DNA of 64,000 nt from Thalia democratica (Eukaryota), in contig OZ241832.1 of the NCBI GenBank assembly GCA_965202585.1, forward strand, positions 30,194,001-30,258,000, in the 5' to 3' direction. The position numbers and the translations under genes were made by a program. A model generated the notes under the pieces. It did not search any database and was not told where the DNA came from. It was given only the letters and a program-made list of their open reading frames with translations. This document shows positions 39,765-49,249 of this stretch, piece by piece (the first letter of the stretch is position 1; every line of letters starts with the position of its first letter).

Positions 39765-41677
39765 CAACATCGGTAGCCCACAATGGCGTCCTTTTAAGTA
39801 GTGAGAACTACCAATCTTTTAACCAACAGTTAAATAAGTCAGAATTTGATAAAAATAATCAACATTCTTATATGGGTAATTACAGTCAGCACCTTATACA
39901 TGAAAATGTGCAGGCCAATAGACATAAGCAGTCTTTAGATTATGAAAGTTCACTAGAGGTGGAAAACTTGGATATAGAGCAGCTTACAAAACTAGTAGCC
40001 CAAGCTAGAATTTTAGAAAAGAAGGCCACCTTAAAAAAGGAATTAAATTCAATTTATAATAGATTATACAAAGGTCAAAACAAATCCCAAAGTAAGATAA
40101 GTTATAGTGGCAGTAGTCCTGTATATAATTCTTCCCACACTGTAGGGGCTACATATAACAGCAATTTGAAACATAGGACCCTAGAAAATTGCAAACTTTT
40201 TTCCCAGATTGAGGCCATAGGGGACCCTGTCATTGAATTAAGATTTTTTGAGGATAGGTGTAGTACTTTTGGCATTACTGATGATACTGAGAAGTTTGAA
40301 ATACTTCAAAGAATCTGGCCACGTCCTGATATAATAGATTTTTTTGAAGCTTATGATGAGGACAGAACATACTTTAATCTTTTCAAATTTTTAGAAGGCA
40401 AAGGCAGTAAATTGCCAAAAATCTTAGGAGCCCATCCAACATGGGAAGGGCCAGTAAAATTCCAAAATTTATACTTATCAGCAAAAAAGTGGGCAAAATC
40501 AAATGAGCAAGATAGAATTAAGTATTTCATGTATGTTCATGCTCCTGATAAATTAAAAAAGAAAATTAAGGAAAATTTTGGGTTAAAGTATGAGGAATTT
40601 TTAAGGCACACAGAGTCCATATGTGAGATAGAAGAACAGAGAATTGTTGAGCATTCCAAAAACATTTCATATGAACCTCACAAACCATACTATGGTAGGT
40701 ACAGAAGTAAGAGTCACAATAATGTAGGTTGGCAGCAAAACCAAAATCTGTTTCATAATAACCACAGTAGTAACCAGCCTAATCAAGAGCACTATAGGCT
40801 GGGAGACAACCAATGTACAAATAATGGCAGAGACCACTATAACAACAAACAAAATGAAGGCTATCTAAACCAAAATTTTTCCAAAGTACATGGAAAAAAT
40901 GATAGAACAGTAAAACACTGTAATTTTGCAACCATAAAAACTCCTTCAGTTTATTCAATCAGAAAGGCACAAAAATTTAAACCTCAAGCTCCAAGAAAAA
41001 TTATAAGATATGGAGTAACAGGCCGAGTTGTGTGGTTTAATGTCAAAAAGGGATATGGATTTATTCATTGTGATAATAAAGACAGTGATGTTTTTGTTCA
41101 TCACACTGAAATTACTAAAAACAACCCTAATAAGTTTTTAAGGTCACTTGCTCAAGGTGAGGCTGTTCAGTTTGATGTTATAATAAGTGAAAGAAATTTA
41201 CCACAGGCTGTGAACGTAACAGGTCCTAATAAAAAACCAGTTAAAGGTTCCAAATATGCCCAAGACAGGTGGCCAAGCTATAACCAGAGGATTAACAGGC
41301 AACAGAGGCCTCAACAAAAATGTTATTTTGTCAATGACTATTATAAAGTAAGAGAAAAACAGCAAAGAGAGCAAAACTGTTATGAGATAAAACACAACCA
41401 CCAATTAACCCACCAGGGTCAAGCAACTGATGATAGACAATTTGCAAAAGAAAGCACCCAAACTAATTGTTCAAATGATTCATTTAAAATTAGCTCAACA
41501 GGCTATCAACCTATTAGCAATGAACAAGAACAGGTTGAACCTCAGAGTGAAATTCTAAAATTAATTTCAGAAAAAGATGAGTTGATTAAAGAAGGTTTGA
41601 AAATTGAAGAAAATGTTGAGAGTATTAAACTTAAAATTGAAAAATTAAGAAATAAAGTTTTTGAAAGGCTAATGTAA
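37220..41677 (+). CDS. Chimeric 1,485-aa ORF: truncated reovirus-like RdRp, Gag-like protein, Y-box cold-shock domain, C-terminal coiled coil
   Basis: A single open frame (open from 37169; first ATG 37220). The junction ...DNFQA|TSVAHNG... falls at 39764/39765, where LTR-derived sequence resumes. Confidence 0.9.
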   Translation: MLEKLNDSLFTYYNCLTGFFDNRVPNELDIRSVADYSADVQKEVNRRASSRIIDQFNTERAAMGLRPLTVEYLEIANLKGMDNFNLPGKQINDLVADNFKIKDVEIVRADVYRDGGMRKTSLFKASTVHGKDPLKEVIELGTVSELLKQDELKVIHHNDNPLVFLVHKDYLKVGDGQEEDDPEVAKGISVTWWRELAPFLLELKDIKLTSDEKKLFDLSDKVPLRPYTYKLMREKIGWNPRLLLRDYPYENRKSYMSFGKGIDSTSDIWRLNFSGESARLPNVILSDVPTDVDVMDEFEVESDESGLAIQKAYRDDKRRDSDLVGVLNEDELQYFKSSNYKLNLRRTLIKRLPEEQSVYGMMKLEDRLRHVAIVARRDFSKVGPVVPVLLKLLGIAYHEVGKKGWFNTAIRRAGDMSIIVNDCLLFHKTVSVVLNAIELYICFSSIKRSDWADRLLLLSTLFLMADPIINTAKLKKILTVGKQGCFLRGRKADGVLYHKSDMKDFNVNINIERVLKGDAKMPILLYNRYLDEEVLKLRESYVAGPKWQKKLTDGLLDLMMDIVNEDGLACNMWKYTFLTSVNRLSGFVASDQLSAYLVASDKAYRIVPPESFKNRLSETFYSEALNAFKAFPPEDTPKTKVITDEARRTASAWEERQSVTVKKKAPRIQKGKLILVDQKVELNTGKKNIAQMTANKMLNVDVIANINPRISSGSRIVPGGKEKRTVYPVPFWFQVIESIGNQSFNRYVNQRLKRDGINRSYGQGKDSALPHEIIGAIFYATTRNVHMIGFDVTGFDISQTPYKLLIKRAFRQAIKDYFEGIPNVISNKKLKDLTHVETMYMAFQDNFQATSVAHNGVLLSSENYQSFNQQLNKSEFDKNNQHSYMGNYSQHLIHENVQANRHKQSLDYESSLEVENLDIEQLTKLVAQARILEKKATLKKELNSIYNRLYKGQNKSQSKISYSGSSPVYNSSHTVGATYNSNLKHRTLENCKLFSQIEAIGDPVIELRFFEDRCSTFGITDDTEKFEILQRIWPRPDIIDFFEAYDEDRTYFNLFKFLEGKGSKLPKILGAHPTWEGPVKFQNLYLSAKKWAKSNEQDRIKYFMYVHAPDKLKKKIKENFGLKYEEFLRHTESICEIEEQRIVEHSKNISYEPHKPYYGRYRSKSHNNVGWQQNQNLFHNNHSSNQPNQEHYRLGDNQCTNNGRDHYNNKQNEGYLNQNFSKVHGKNDRTVKHCNFATIKTPSVYSIRKAQKFKPQAPRKIIRYGVTGRVVWFNVKKGYGFIHCDNKDSDVFVHHTEITKNNPNKFLRSLAQGEAVQFDVIISERNLPQAVNVTGPNKKPVKGSKYAQDRWPSYNQRINRQQRPQQKCYFVNDYYKVREKQQREQNCYEIKHNHQLTHQGQATDDRQFAKESTQTNCSNDSFKISSTGYQPISNEQEQVEPQSEILKLISEKDELIKEGLKIEENVESIKLKIEKLRNKVFERLM
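39765..39782 (+). repeat. Last 18 bp of the 5' LTR (caacatcggtagcccaca)
   Basis: Identical to 42918-42935, the end of the 3' LTR. Confidence 0.95.
39784..39795 (+). promoter_or_regulatory. Candidate tRNA primer-binding site (TGGCGTCCTTTT)
   Basis: TGG one base after the LTR-terminal CA is the canonical PBS position; the cognate tRNA was not identified. Confidence 0.7.
40208..40630 (+). other. Helical Gag/capsid-like core within the ORF
   Basis: ELRFFEDRCSTFGITDDTEKFEILQRIW...RTYFNLFKFL loosely fits the Gypsy-type gag pattern F..FE..F...GI.D...K...L....Y..LK..L; its position just downstream of the PBS supports Gag. Confidence 0.55.
40997..41269 (+). other. Y-box-type cold-shock domain within the ORF
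   Basis: GRVVWFNVKKGYGFI (RNP1), DVFVHHTEI (RNP2), KNNPNKFLRSL..GE.V.FDV and NVTGP...PVKGSKYAQDR closely parallel the recalled YBX1 CSD plus its C-terminal extension. Confidence 0.95.
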
Positions 41678-42250
41678 AATAACATTATTCTAGGGTTTAG
41701 TTAGGCATGACAATTGAGTGATGATTCTGTATGACTAAAAGAAATTTTTATTTTTTATTTTTTGTGAAAAAATTTTGATTCTAATACCAATTGATACTAT
41801 ATTGCCAAAGATTTTTTTTTTGAGTTTAATATTTTGATTAAGAGTTGTTTATCTATTTATAGTAAAAATAATATTTGGAATTGTAACCGTAAATTTATTG
41901 ATATTTCATTTTATTTATTGTGCAAATACTATTATGTTGATACCATTTTTTTTTTTTTTTTTTTACCATGTTGTCTAAGATTTTTTACTGAGTTAGTTAT
42001 TCTGATAAAACTTATGTTATTATATAAATTTTTTATTATGTGAAAACCAAATACTAAATTTTTCTTTCTCCTATTAATATTCTACTTAAGTTTGATTTTA
42101 AAATTAGTTCATGACTATTTTGAATTTATTTGTTCTTTACACTGTTCCTTTTATTTTGTTTTTTGCTGTTTACCAATTAGATTTAGGTGAACATCACCTT
42201 AGAATTCTTCTAGCAGGAGGCAAGCAGAGGATAGAGTGATAATCCTCTTC

Positions 42251-42276
42251 AAAAAAAAAAGGACTACAGAAGATAG
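42251..42276 (+). promoter_or_regulatory. Candidate polypurine tract
   Basis: aaaaaaaaaaggactacagaagatag lies immediately 5' of the 3' LTR. Confidence 0.6.
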
Positions 42277-42935
42277 TGTAATGAATACGTGCATTATTCA
42301 TTATTCAAAGTTGAGCTCAGAGAATATTTTGAGTTTGACACGCTTCATTGCACTAGCCAATGAGAATCATCTGACGTGTTTCAAACTAATTCTGATGCAA
42401 CTAAATATGAGAAAATGACAGTCAGTGTATTTGTAAGCAGTTGGTGAGTTGGTGTGCAGCTGGAACTACCTTGTATTGATTTGTGATTGTGTATTGTAAG
42501 TATTGTTTTGTGTTAAAAGTGAATATTTTAACTGGTATTTAATTGTTTTAATATTTAAGCCAGGTTTATAGTTAATAGTTTATTCTTTTACAGTTTCTTC
42601 TTTACTAAAAGTTTTACTTAATTTTTAGTTTATTGTTTAAAGTCTTTTAAAGAGATTTAAATAGATTGTAATTTCTAAAAAGTTTGTCATAGTAATTTAT
42701 AGTTTTGTATATGCTATTATTTCTTGTTGTGTTTTATATAAAAGATTCATCACTCAAAACTGTCTTGTCTGATTTATATAAAGTAGTATTAAGTAGTGTA
42801 TAGTTTCTATGTCCAACTATAATAATATGAATGAGAAGTATGAACAAAAAGGTCAGGTTGACTATCTGCCCACAGTAAGTCACCCTGACCCAACTGAGGC
42901 TTTAGATGTTGAGTCACCAACATCGGTAGCCCACA
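42277..42935 (+). repeat. Intact 3' LTR, 659 bp
   Basis: TG...CA, followed by TSD ATGT; contains both segments found in the split 5' LTR plus the 168 bp (42750-42917) missing there. Confidence 0.95.
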
Positions 42936-43069
42936 ATGTATTCTAAAATAACTAAAGCAATAGTTGAGCACTAGTAAGAGTGTTTATTGAATTAAGAGCC
43001 TAACTGTAAGTTTTAATCTCAAAAAAAAATATTTGTTTTAAATATTTATGTTTTTGGCTAAAAAGGAGT

Positions 43070-43135
43070 TCATGGGCCAAATATTTTGACTTTAATGGCC
43101 ACATTTGGCGTACGTGTGCAGTATGCCAACCCCTG
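43070..43135. mobile_element. Orphan right end of a Charlie-like hAT
   Basis: ggccacatttggcg...tatgccaacccctg resembles the TGCCGACCCCTG end at 9580-9591; no matching left end was found. Confidence 0.45.
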
Positions 43136-43521
43136 ATCTATAGGATAGATCTTTTGTGACAAATTAAATTTTTACCAATTAACATGTAGAAATTGTTCAA
43201 AATTGTTTTTCTAGTTTATTTTGTGATTTTTGTTTAAAATTCCAGGTTTTTTTTCTTAGATTCCTTGTTTTTCCAGGATTCCAGGTTTAGTGGCCACACT
43301 GTATTAGTTGTAAACACTAACATGTAACTTAAAATAATAACTAAATTTGGTAAATATGTTTAAAAGATTTTTTTTTTCTTAACCTTTGCAAAAAAGTTCT
43401 AAAATAAATTGGTAACTATTTATTTTCATATTGCATAGTTGTGCATCTTAATTTAATATTTTTAAAATTTTCTAAAAAAAGATCAGTTAATTAAGAAAAT
43501 TTAAAATGCCTTAATATTATA

Positions 43522-43874
43522 CAGGGTTACCAAAGGTTTTTTGAAGTTTTTTTATCAGATTTTTTAAACTTCTTCCAGGTTTTTTAAAGTATAAAAATGT
43601 CTAAAATGGTATAAAAATATAAACAGAAACTGAAATCATTCTAGAATGTGTTATATTTATAATTGTAAATAAATTGAAGTAAAAAAAAATTATTGTACAT
43701 TACATTTTTTTGTACCTATATAGGTTTCACAATTTTACATGTAAAAACTGTTTAAAATTCAAAGTTTTTATAGATTTTTTAGCAATTTTGTAGAAAAATT
43801 CTTATATTAAAAGTTTTTCTAGCTTTTTTTTTTTTTGCTAAATTGTCAAATTCTATGTATTTTTTGCATCCTTG
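43522..43874. mobile_element. ~350-bp MITE, CAGGGTTGCCA-TIR family (degenerate)
   Basis: Starts cagggttacca, ends tgcatccttg; the interior matches 51520-51876 and 52220-52575. Confidence 0.55.
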
Positions 43875-46800
43875 ATGATATGATCACTAAATTGAAACTA
43901 CTTTATTCAAATCAAAGGAAAAAATACACTAATCAAAATAAAAAATAAAATAAAAAATACTAATCAAATCCTTACTGCTCACTTAATTTCATTTAAATTG
44001 TGATAAAAATAATTTTCATTTTCTTATATTTAATTTTATTATACCAATTAGTTTTGATTTATCCCACTTATTTTAGCATCCATGCCCTAATAACCCTAAA
44101 TACTAATTAAACAGTGATGTAGCTTAAAGTTTTGTTTTATTAATCTCCCTATGCCCTTAATATCTTATTTGCACCTTTAAGCATACTTTAGGTATAAATA
44201 TGTTTTATACTATTTATATTTTAATAACTTTTGTATGTAACTTAAAATAAATGAATACAATGTTATCATTATTACCACTTCTAAGGCAAAAAAGCTAGTC
44301 TAAGTGAGAAAAATCTATACTGAGTTGGCTTTAAGTTTAAAATAGAATTAGACTTATTTATGAGCCAAAATTTTTAAATACATAGTATACTATTTGCCAA
44401 GCTTAAGAGCCTTTAAATAGCCATAAAAATAACTGAAAAATTTAAAACATTGAAACAAATATAGTTTTCTAATATTTTTAAAAAAATGAAAAAGCAAGTG
44501 CAAGATTTTAAAATTTATCAAAAATAGCCTGATTAAGCTTGAGTTTTGTAAAACTTTATAAGTAGCTTAAGTAGACTAAGTATGTGGCAACCCTGTTTGA
44601 TCAACAATATTTTTGTTAAATTTTAACCATTTGAAGTCCTTAAGTCTTAAAGATATCATACATCTTTATTTGTTATTAACAAACAACATTAAGATTAAAT
44701 AGTAAAACTAGTTGATTTAAGTTATGTCAAAATCTAACTTTGATGTCATATTTATAAAAATCTTATTCTTAAGTACAGATTAAAATATTCGATCATACTT
44801 AATGTTAAAAAGAAAAATAATGACTGGAGCTAACTTATCAGAAGTTAGAATAATAAACTAGTTAAAGACTTAAAAACCTATACTGATTTACTAACAACAT
44901 TATTGTGAATGTTTATTTTTTTATAAATACAAAACTTATTAATTTAAATTCCCTAAGATACACTAGTTAAACTAACTTTCAATGATGATGCAGTTGTTTT
45001 AAAGGCCTTCCTTTAACAAAAGTATAATCCTGTAGAAATGTAGATAGTGGCTGGAAAACTGGTGGAATTATTCTCCCTCTAAAAATAAACTTTAAGTTCG
45101 ACTTTTTTGACCTTTAACCTCAGCGCTACCAATAAAAAATTAATTAGTAGCAGGGATTTTTAAGTCAAGTCAACTAAATTATCAAAGTAATATAATCGAG
45201 AATGATAAATACAAATTAAATAAAACATGTGTGTTAAAAAGTATTCTTTAATCATAGTACTTTTTAAAAAATCACATATAAAGAAGGTACAAACAAATAG
45301 CACAAGTATAAACTAGTATCTTAAAATAAAATTAATGTCTTTAATTTTCAATTATATTTTACTGAATATTGATCATTAAGAATTTTTTTTTTGTTTTTTT
45401 ATACACTGTTGTTGTTGAAATTTTGTTCAAAACATTTGTGTTTATACAATCTTTAAAGGATTTTTTTTATTAAAATAGTGTTAAAATTGACCTGTTTGAC
45501 TTTGTTTTAAATATATTTTACTCATATTTATTTCTTTTTTGGTTCAGTTTAAGGTATATTTTTTAGTTTAATCTCGTAAAAAAAATCACTCAAGTCAAGT
45601 TAAGAAAGACATAGATATAGTAACCTACGCAATTAAAACACTTATTTGTCTTTTTTTTTTTGTTTCTCGTTGTTTTCTTTAAATATAAACAAAATAAATA
45701 ACCGGAGTTAATCTTACACATTAAATCTAGGCTTTAAAAATTAGATAAATTTAAAAAAAATAAAATAGTTTATCTCCCATGGTGATGTGCTGAGTTAGCT
45801 AAATTAAGAAGCAAAATGTTCTTAATTTAAGTAAAATGTAGCTCAAGTTTCATGTTGCAGCTATTTAATCTATCAGTATTTTATAGAACATCAAAAAAAC
45901 TAAATATAGTGAAACTGTATCTCTTTTTGGTGAAAAAGTAAATTAAACAGTGTTTAATTAAAGTTTAATTAACTAAAAATATTATATTTACTTATAGCTT
46001 AAAAACATATTTTCGATAGTTAGCAAAACATACTCTGATTACTCTTAACGATCAGCTGACAAAAAGTATTTATTTTTTTTTGTTAAAGACTTCTATACGC
46101 AAAACTTTTTTTTTATAAACTGTATGTCATTTTTAAATTAATATATGTTATTATTTAATTTAATAGAATTTCTTCAGAACTTAGGTGTAGTAGCTTGTAG
46201 CGGTACTGCATTTATTATTGCTAGTTTCATTTGTAATTTTTAAATGTTTTTTTAAATAATTAAGTAATTCAATACCATAAAATAATGAACAAATGTCAAT
46301 AAATAGTTACGTAGGTATACAGTACAGACACTTTATCAAATAAATAGTTTTTTTAAAAAATGTTTAAAGATAGTACAAAGTAATTTTTTAGTATTTAACT
46401 TGAATAATATTTAATGTATAATAATTTAATTTCTATTCTTATTCATTACTCGATGTAAACAATATTTCTATTGAAAAAACCAATTAGTTCTTCAATTACA
46501 AAATACGGATTAGTTGTTTTGTTTAAACTTTTACTTATTCAAGTATTAAAGAAAAATCATACTATTGTTTTATTTCTTTAGCAACAAAATAAAGATTTAG
46601 ATGGGTTGAAAAACTTTATGCTGTTTAGTTTAACAGTTAAAGTTACAGTTAAATTCTATTTATTTGGAGTACTGATATAAAATGTCAGCTATATTTTTTC
46701 TTAAGTTGTTTTGTTGTTATTAGCGCAGTAAATCATTTAGTACAACAAAAAATTTATAATTTAGTAATACAAATGCTCATAATATTTTTTGTTTAAAAAT

Positions 46801-49249
46801 ATTATACTATCAAAAATAGCAAAAATTAGATAATTCTAACTATAATAAAACAGTTGACAAAATTCCATTTCGATTTAAGCCTAAGAGCATCAATTTGTTC
46901 TACTCTTAAATATTTTTTTATATTTCAAAATAATTGCTTTACGTCAAACTCAGTACAAAAATTTTCTGTAGTATTTGAAAGTTTCTAACGCCTTCAAACA
47001 AACTAAAAGTACGAAAAAACATCTGACTTGATAAAAAGCACTGAATTTAGTGTAAAAAAATGACCAACAGTAGGACTTATTTTTTTATTTTCGTTTCTTA
47101 ATAAGTTTATAATCAATAAACGAGTTAAATTGACTTCTTATAAAGCAATGAAAATTAAACAATATATTTATTTTTCTACTCAAATATAAAAATATTAATT
47201 ATTTAAGTAGTTCAACCAATTATAAAAAAAAATAAAAGTTAAACTTTTGGAAAAAATATAGAATTTGACCTAAAAGTATTTCAGCTTATTACAATTTTAC
47301 CTTCTTTAAAAAAGTTATGACCTACTTTCTAGTGTTTTAATGTCTGCTATTAGTATTGTTTATTTCGTTTTATAATTTTAGTTAATTTATTCAGTCTAAA
47401 ATGGTCCTCCACTTCTATGCTTATTCTTTTAAGTTTTTGGCTTAGACTGTATTTCATCTTTATCTTATTAAACAATGTTTTTAGTACGTTATGAATAAAA
47501 ATTTCCTAAGTAAACACAAAACTTTGTTATTTATTTTATTTTTCTTTTCAAATCATTCAATTAGTTAACTTGAATATTTTATACCTTTTATACCTTTTCT
47601 AAAGTTTTAAAAGTTTAGATTGAAAAAAAATTTAGCTTGTAAAAAATTGTATAAGCATGTGGTGTACGACTCGATAACAGAAAGGATTTTTTGTACACCA
47701 GGTCCTTAGACCAAACTTTTTGAGCGCTTTTTTATGGTTCAATAAACAATATACCCCTCTTTATAGAGGAGAAAATAGCTTTAATGTATTAAAAAATTGT
47801 TATATTAAAGAAATGTTTATAGTTTTTTTCTGTTGTAAATAAATTTATAAGTTTGGTTTTTAAAATGAGTTATAGTTGATATAAAAGTTGGTCAAAATGT
47901 ATTACTTTTTTATTGTTTATGGGTTAGTAAGTAAAGCCAACCAATATTCTTTTAATTTATGCTTACATAAAACTATGAATATACATAATTGTTCATTCAA
48001 AGACTAAACAGCTCGTAAAAACAATAAAAGAAAACAAAGCATAATTAAAAAATAAGTATCATTCTTTTTCAATCTAAAAAACTTAAATAAGTAAGTTTAT
48101 AGCAAACTTAGTTGAAATGTTTTTAAATCAAAAAGTATTATTATCAGTGCTAAAAATGTAAGTTAAAAAAGCAATTTTTTAAGTTTTAGAGTGAACTTTA
48201 TGTTGGATATCTACAAAAATAAATTTACTTATAAACTTATGAAGAACTGCTTTTGCACCTAACGGTTAGAGGTTTAACGTTGCTTAAATTACAAAAGTAC
48301 TCGCAAAAAGACAATTTAATGTTAATCCATATTTTTATACGATGCAATAAGTTATCTGGTTGACCAGTTTTTATAAAACAAAACCATGTAGTTATCTGTT
48401 ACAAAATGTGCTGTATTATTCGATTGTAATGCTTTAAGAAAACTTGTTATGAAGACACCTTTATGTAAGTAATATCTGTATTTAAAAGTTGAAACAATGA
48501 TTTACCCATTTTGACAATACACAAAAAAAAAACATTTTATTTAATATAAAATTATTAGCTCTTATTAAAAGTATTGCACATTTTATTGTAAGTTAAGAGC
48601 TTATTACAGTCACTTCTTTTTAATCTACGCACATTGTGTCCACGACAAAAAAACGTTACTACAAGAGAGAATGTAACTAAGCAAGAGGTAATAGATCTAT
48701 TTATTATTTTGGATGTTTTCTTACAATGCATTTGATTAAATACAGTTAGATGACTTTCTAACTTTTTTGATTACAAAAAAAAAGTATTCATTCAAGTTAT
48801 ACATATATGTCAAATTTTTTTTTGTAAAATTTGTTTATGCGTTAAAGTTTTTTATTTACATTTTTCGTTGCCTACCGATTAAACTTGTCTTTAACGGTCA
48901 ACTGCAAAGATCTTTTTCTATTACCGTGCAAGACAAGTTTAATCGGTGGGCAAGGAACAAATAAGCTAAAATTACGAGATTTATTGAGTTGAAATGAAAC
49001 GTTATGCCATAAGTATTGTGACGAATTGAACACTGAACCTTGTTTAATTTAAAGGTATAAAGGCGGACTAAGACACTTAAAATATAAAGATCAAAGCGAA
49101 AGAGTTCAATATGTTACTTATCGGACACACTAACTATTTCTCAAAATGTTGTTTTAAAATCAAGTAAGCACACAAGGTTTTTTTTTAAGTGTAGATTTAT
49201 TATTTCTAAGTAAATACTTGATATTCAACGCACTAAAACATCGGTAGCT

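Larger units (their letters stand above)
36704..42935 (+). mobile_element. Gag-only (non-autonomous) LTR retroelement, 6,232 bp, carrying captured reovirus-like RdRp
   Basis: Starts TGTAATG and ends GCCCACA; 4-bp TSD ATGT (36700-36703, 42936-42939); PBS-like TGGCGTCC one base after the internal LTR end; purine-rich tract before the 3' LTR; no RT/RNaseH/integrase motifs. Confidence 0.93.

Noticed and set aside
40997-41269. Host Y-box gene or bacterial cspA contamination
   Set aside because: The domain is intronless, fused in frame to Gag-like sequence and enclosed by LTRs, and it carries Y-box-specific features absent from bacterial Csp proteins.
37324-41404. Antisense ORFs within the large ORF (37324-37524, 38497-38745, 40667-40852, 41198-41404)
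   Set aside because: These are short shadows of the sense coding frame with no recognisable motifs.
37220-41677. A functional RdRp or self-replicating RNA system
   Set aside because: The polymerase is truncated before motifs B and C and there is no GDD, so catalysis is not credible.
42277-42749. Reading the LTR as only the 473-bp direct repeat ending GATTCA
   Set aside because: No TSD follows 42749, whereas ATGT follows 42935 and the PBS follows the internal copy of 42918-42935. The true LTR is 659 bp.
36704-42935. DIRS/Ngaro or Penelope-type split-repeat element
   Set aside because: No tyrosine recombinase, RT or GIY-YIG domain is present; TG...CA ends, a 4-bp TSD, PBS and PPT fit an integrase-type LTR element.
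44045-44062. Telomere-like (cc)ctaa motifs here and near 7255
   Set aside because: Only one or two units each; compatible with chance or repeat-internal motifs.
43140-49200. Long AT-rich stretch as a possible hidden gene or structured RNA
   Set aside because: No ORFs with recognisable domains and no tRNA, rRNA or snRNA signatures; only MITE fragments were seen.
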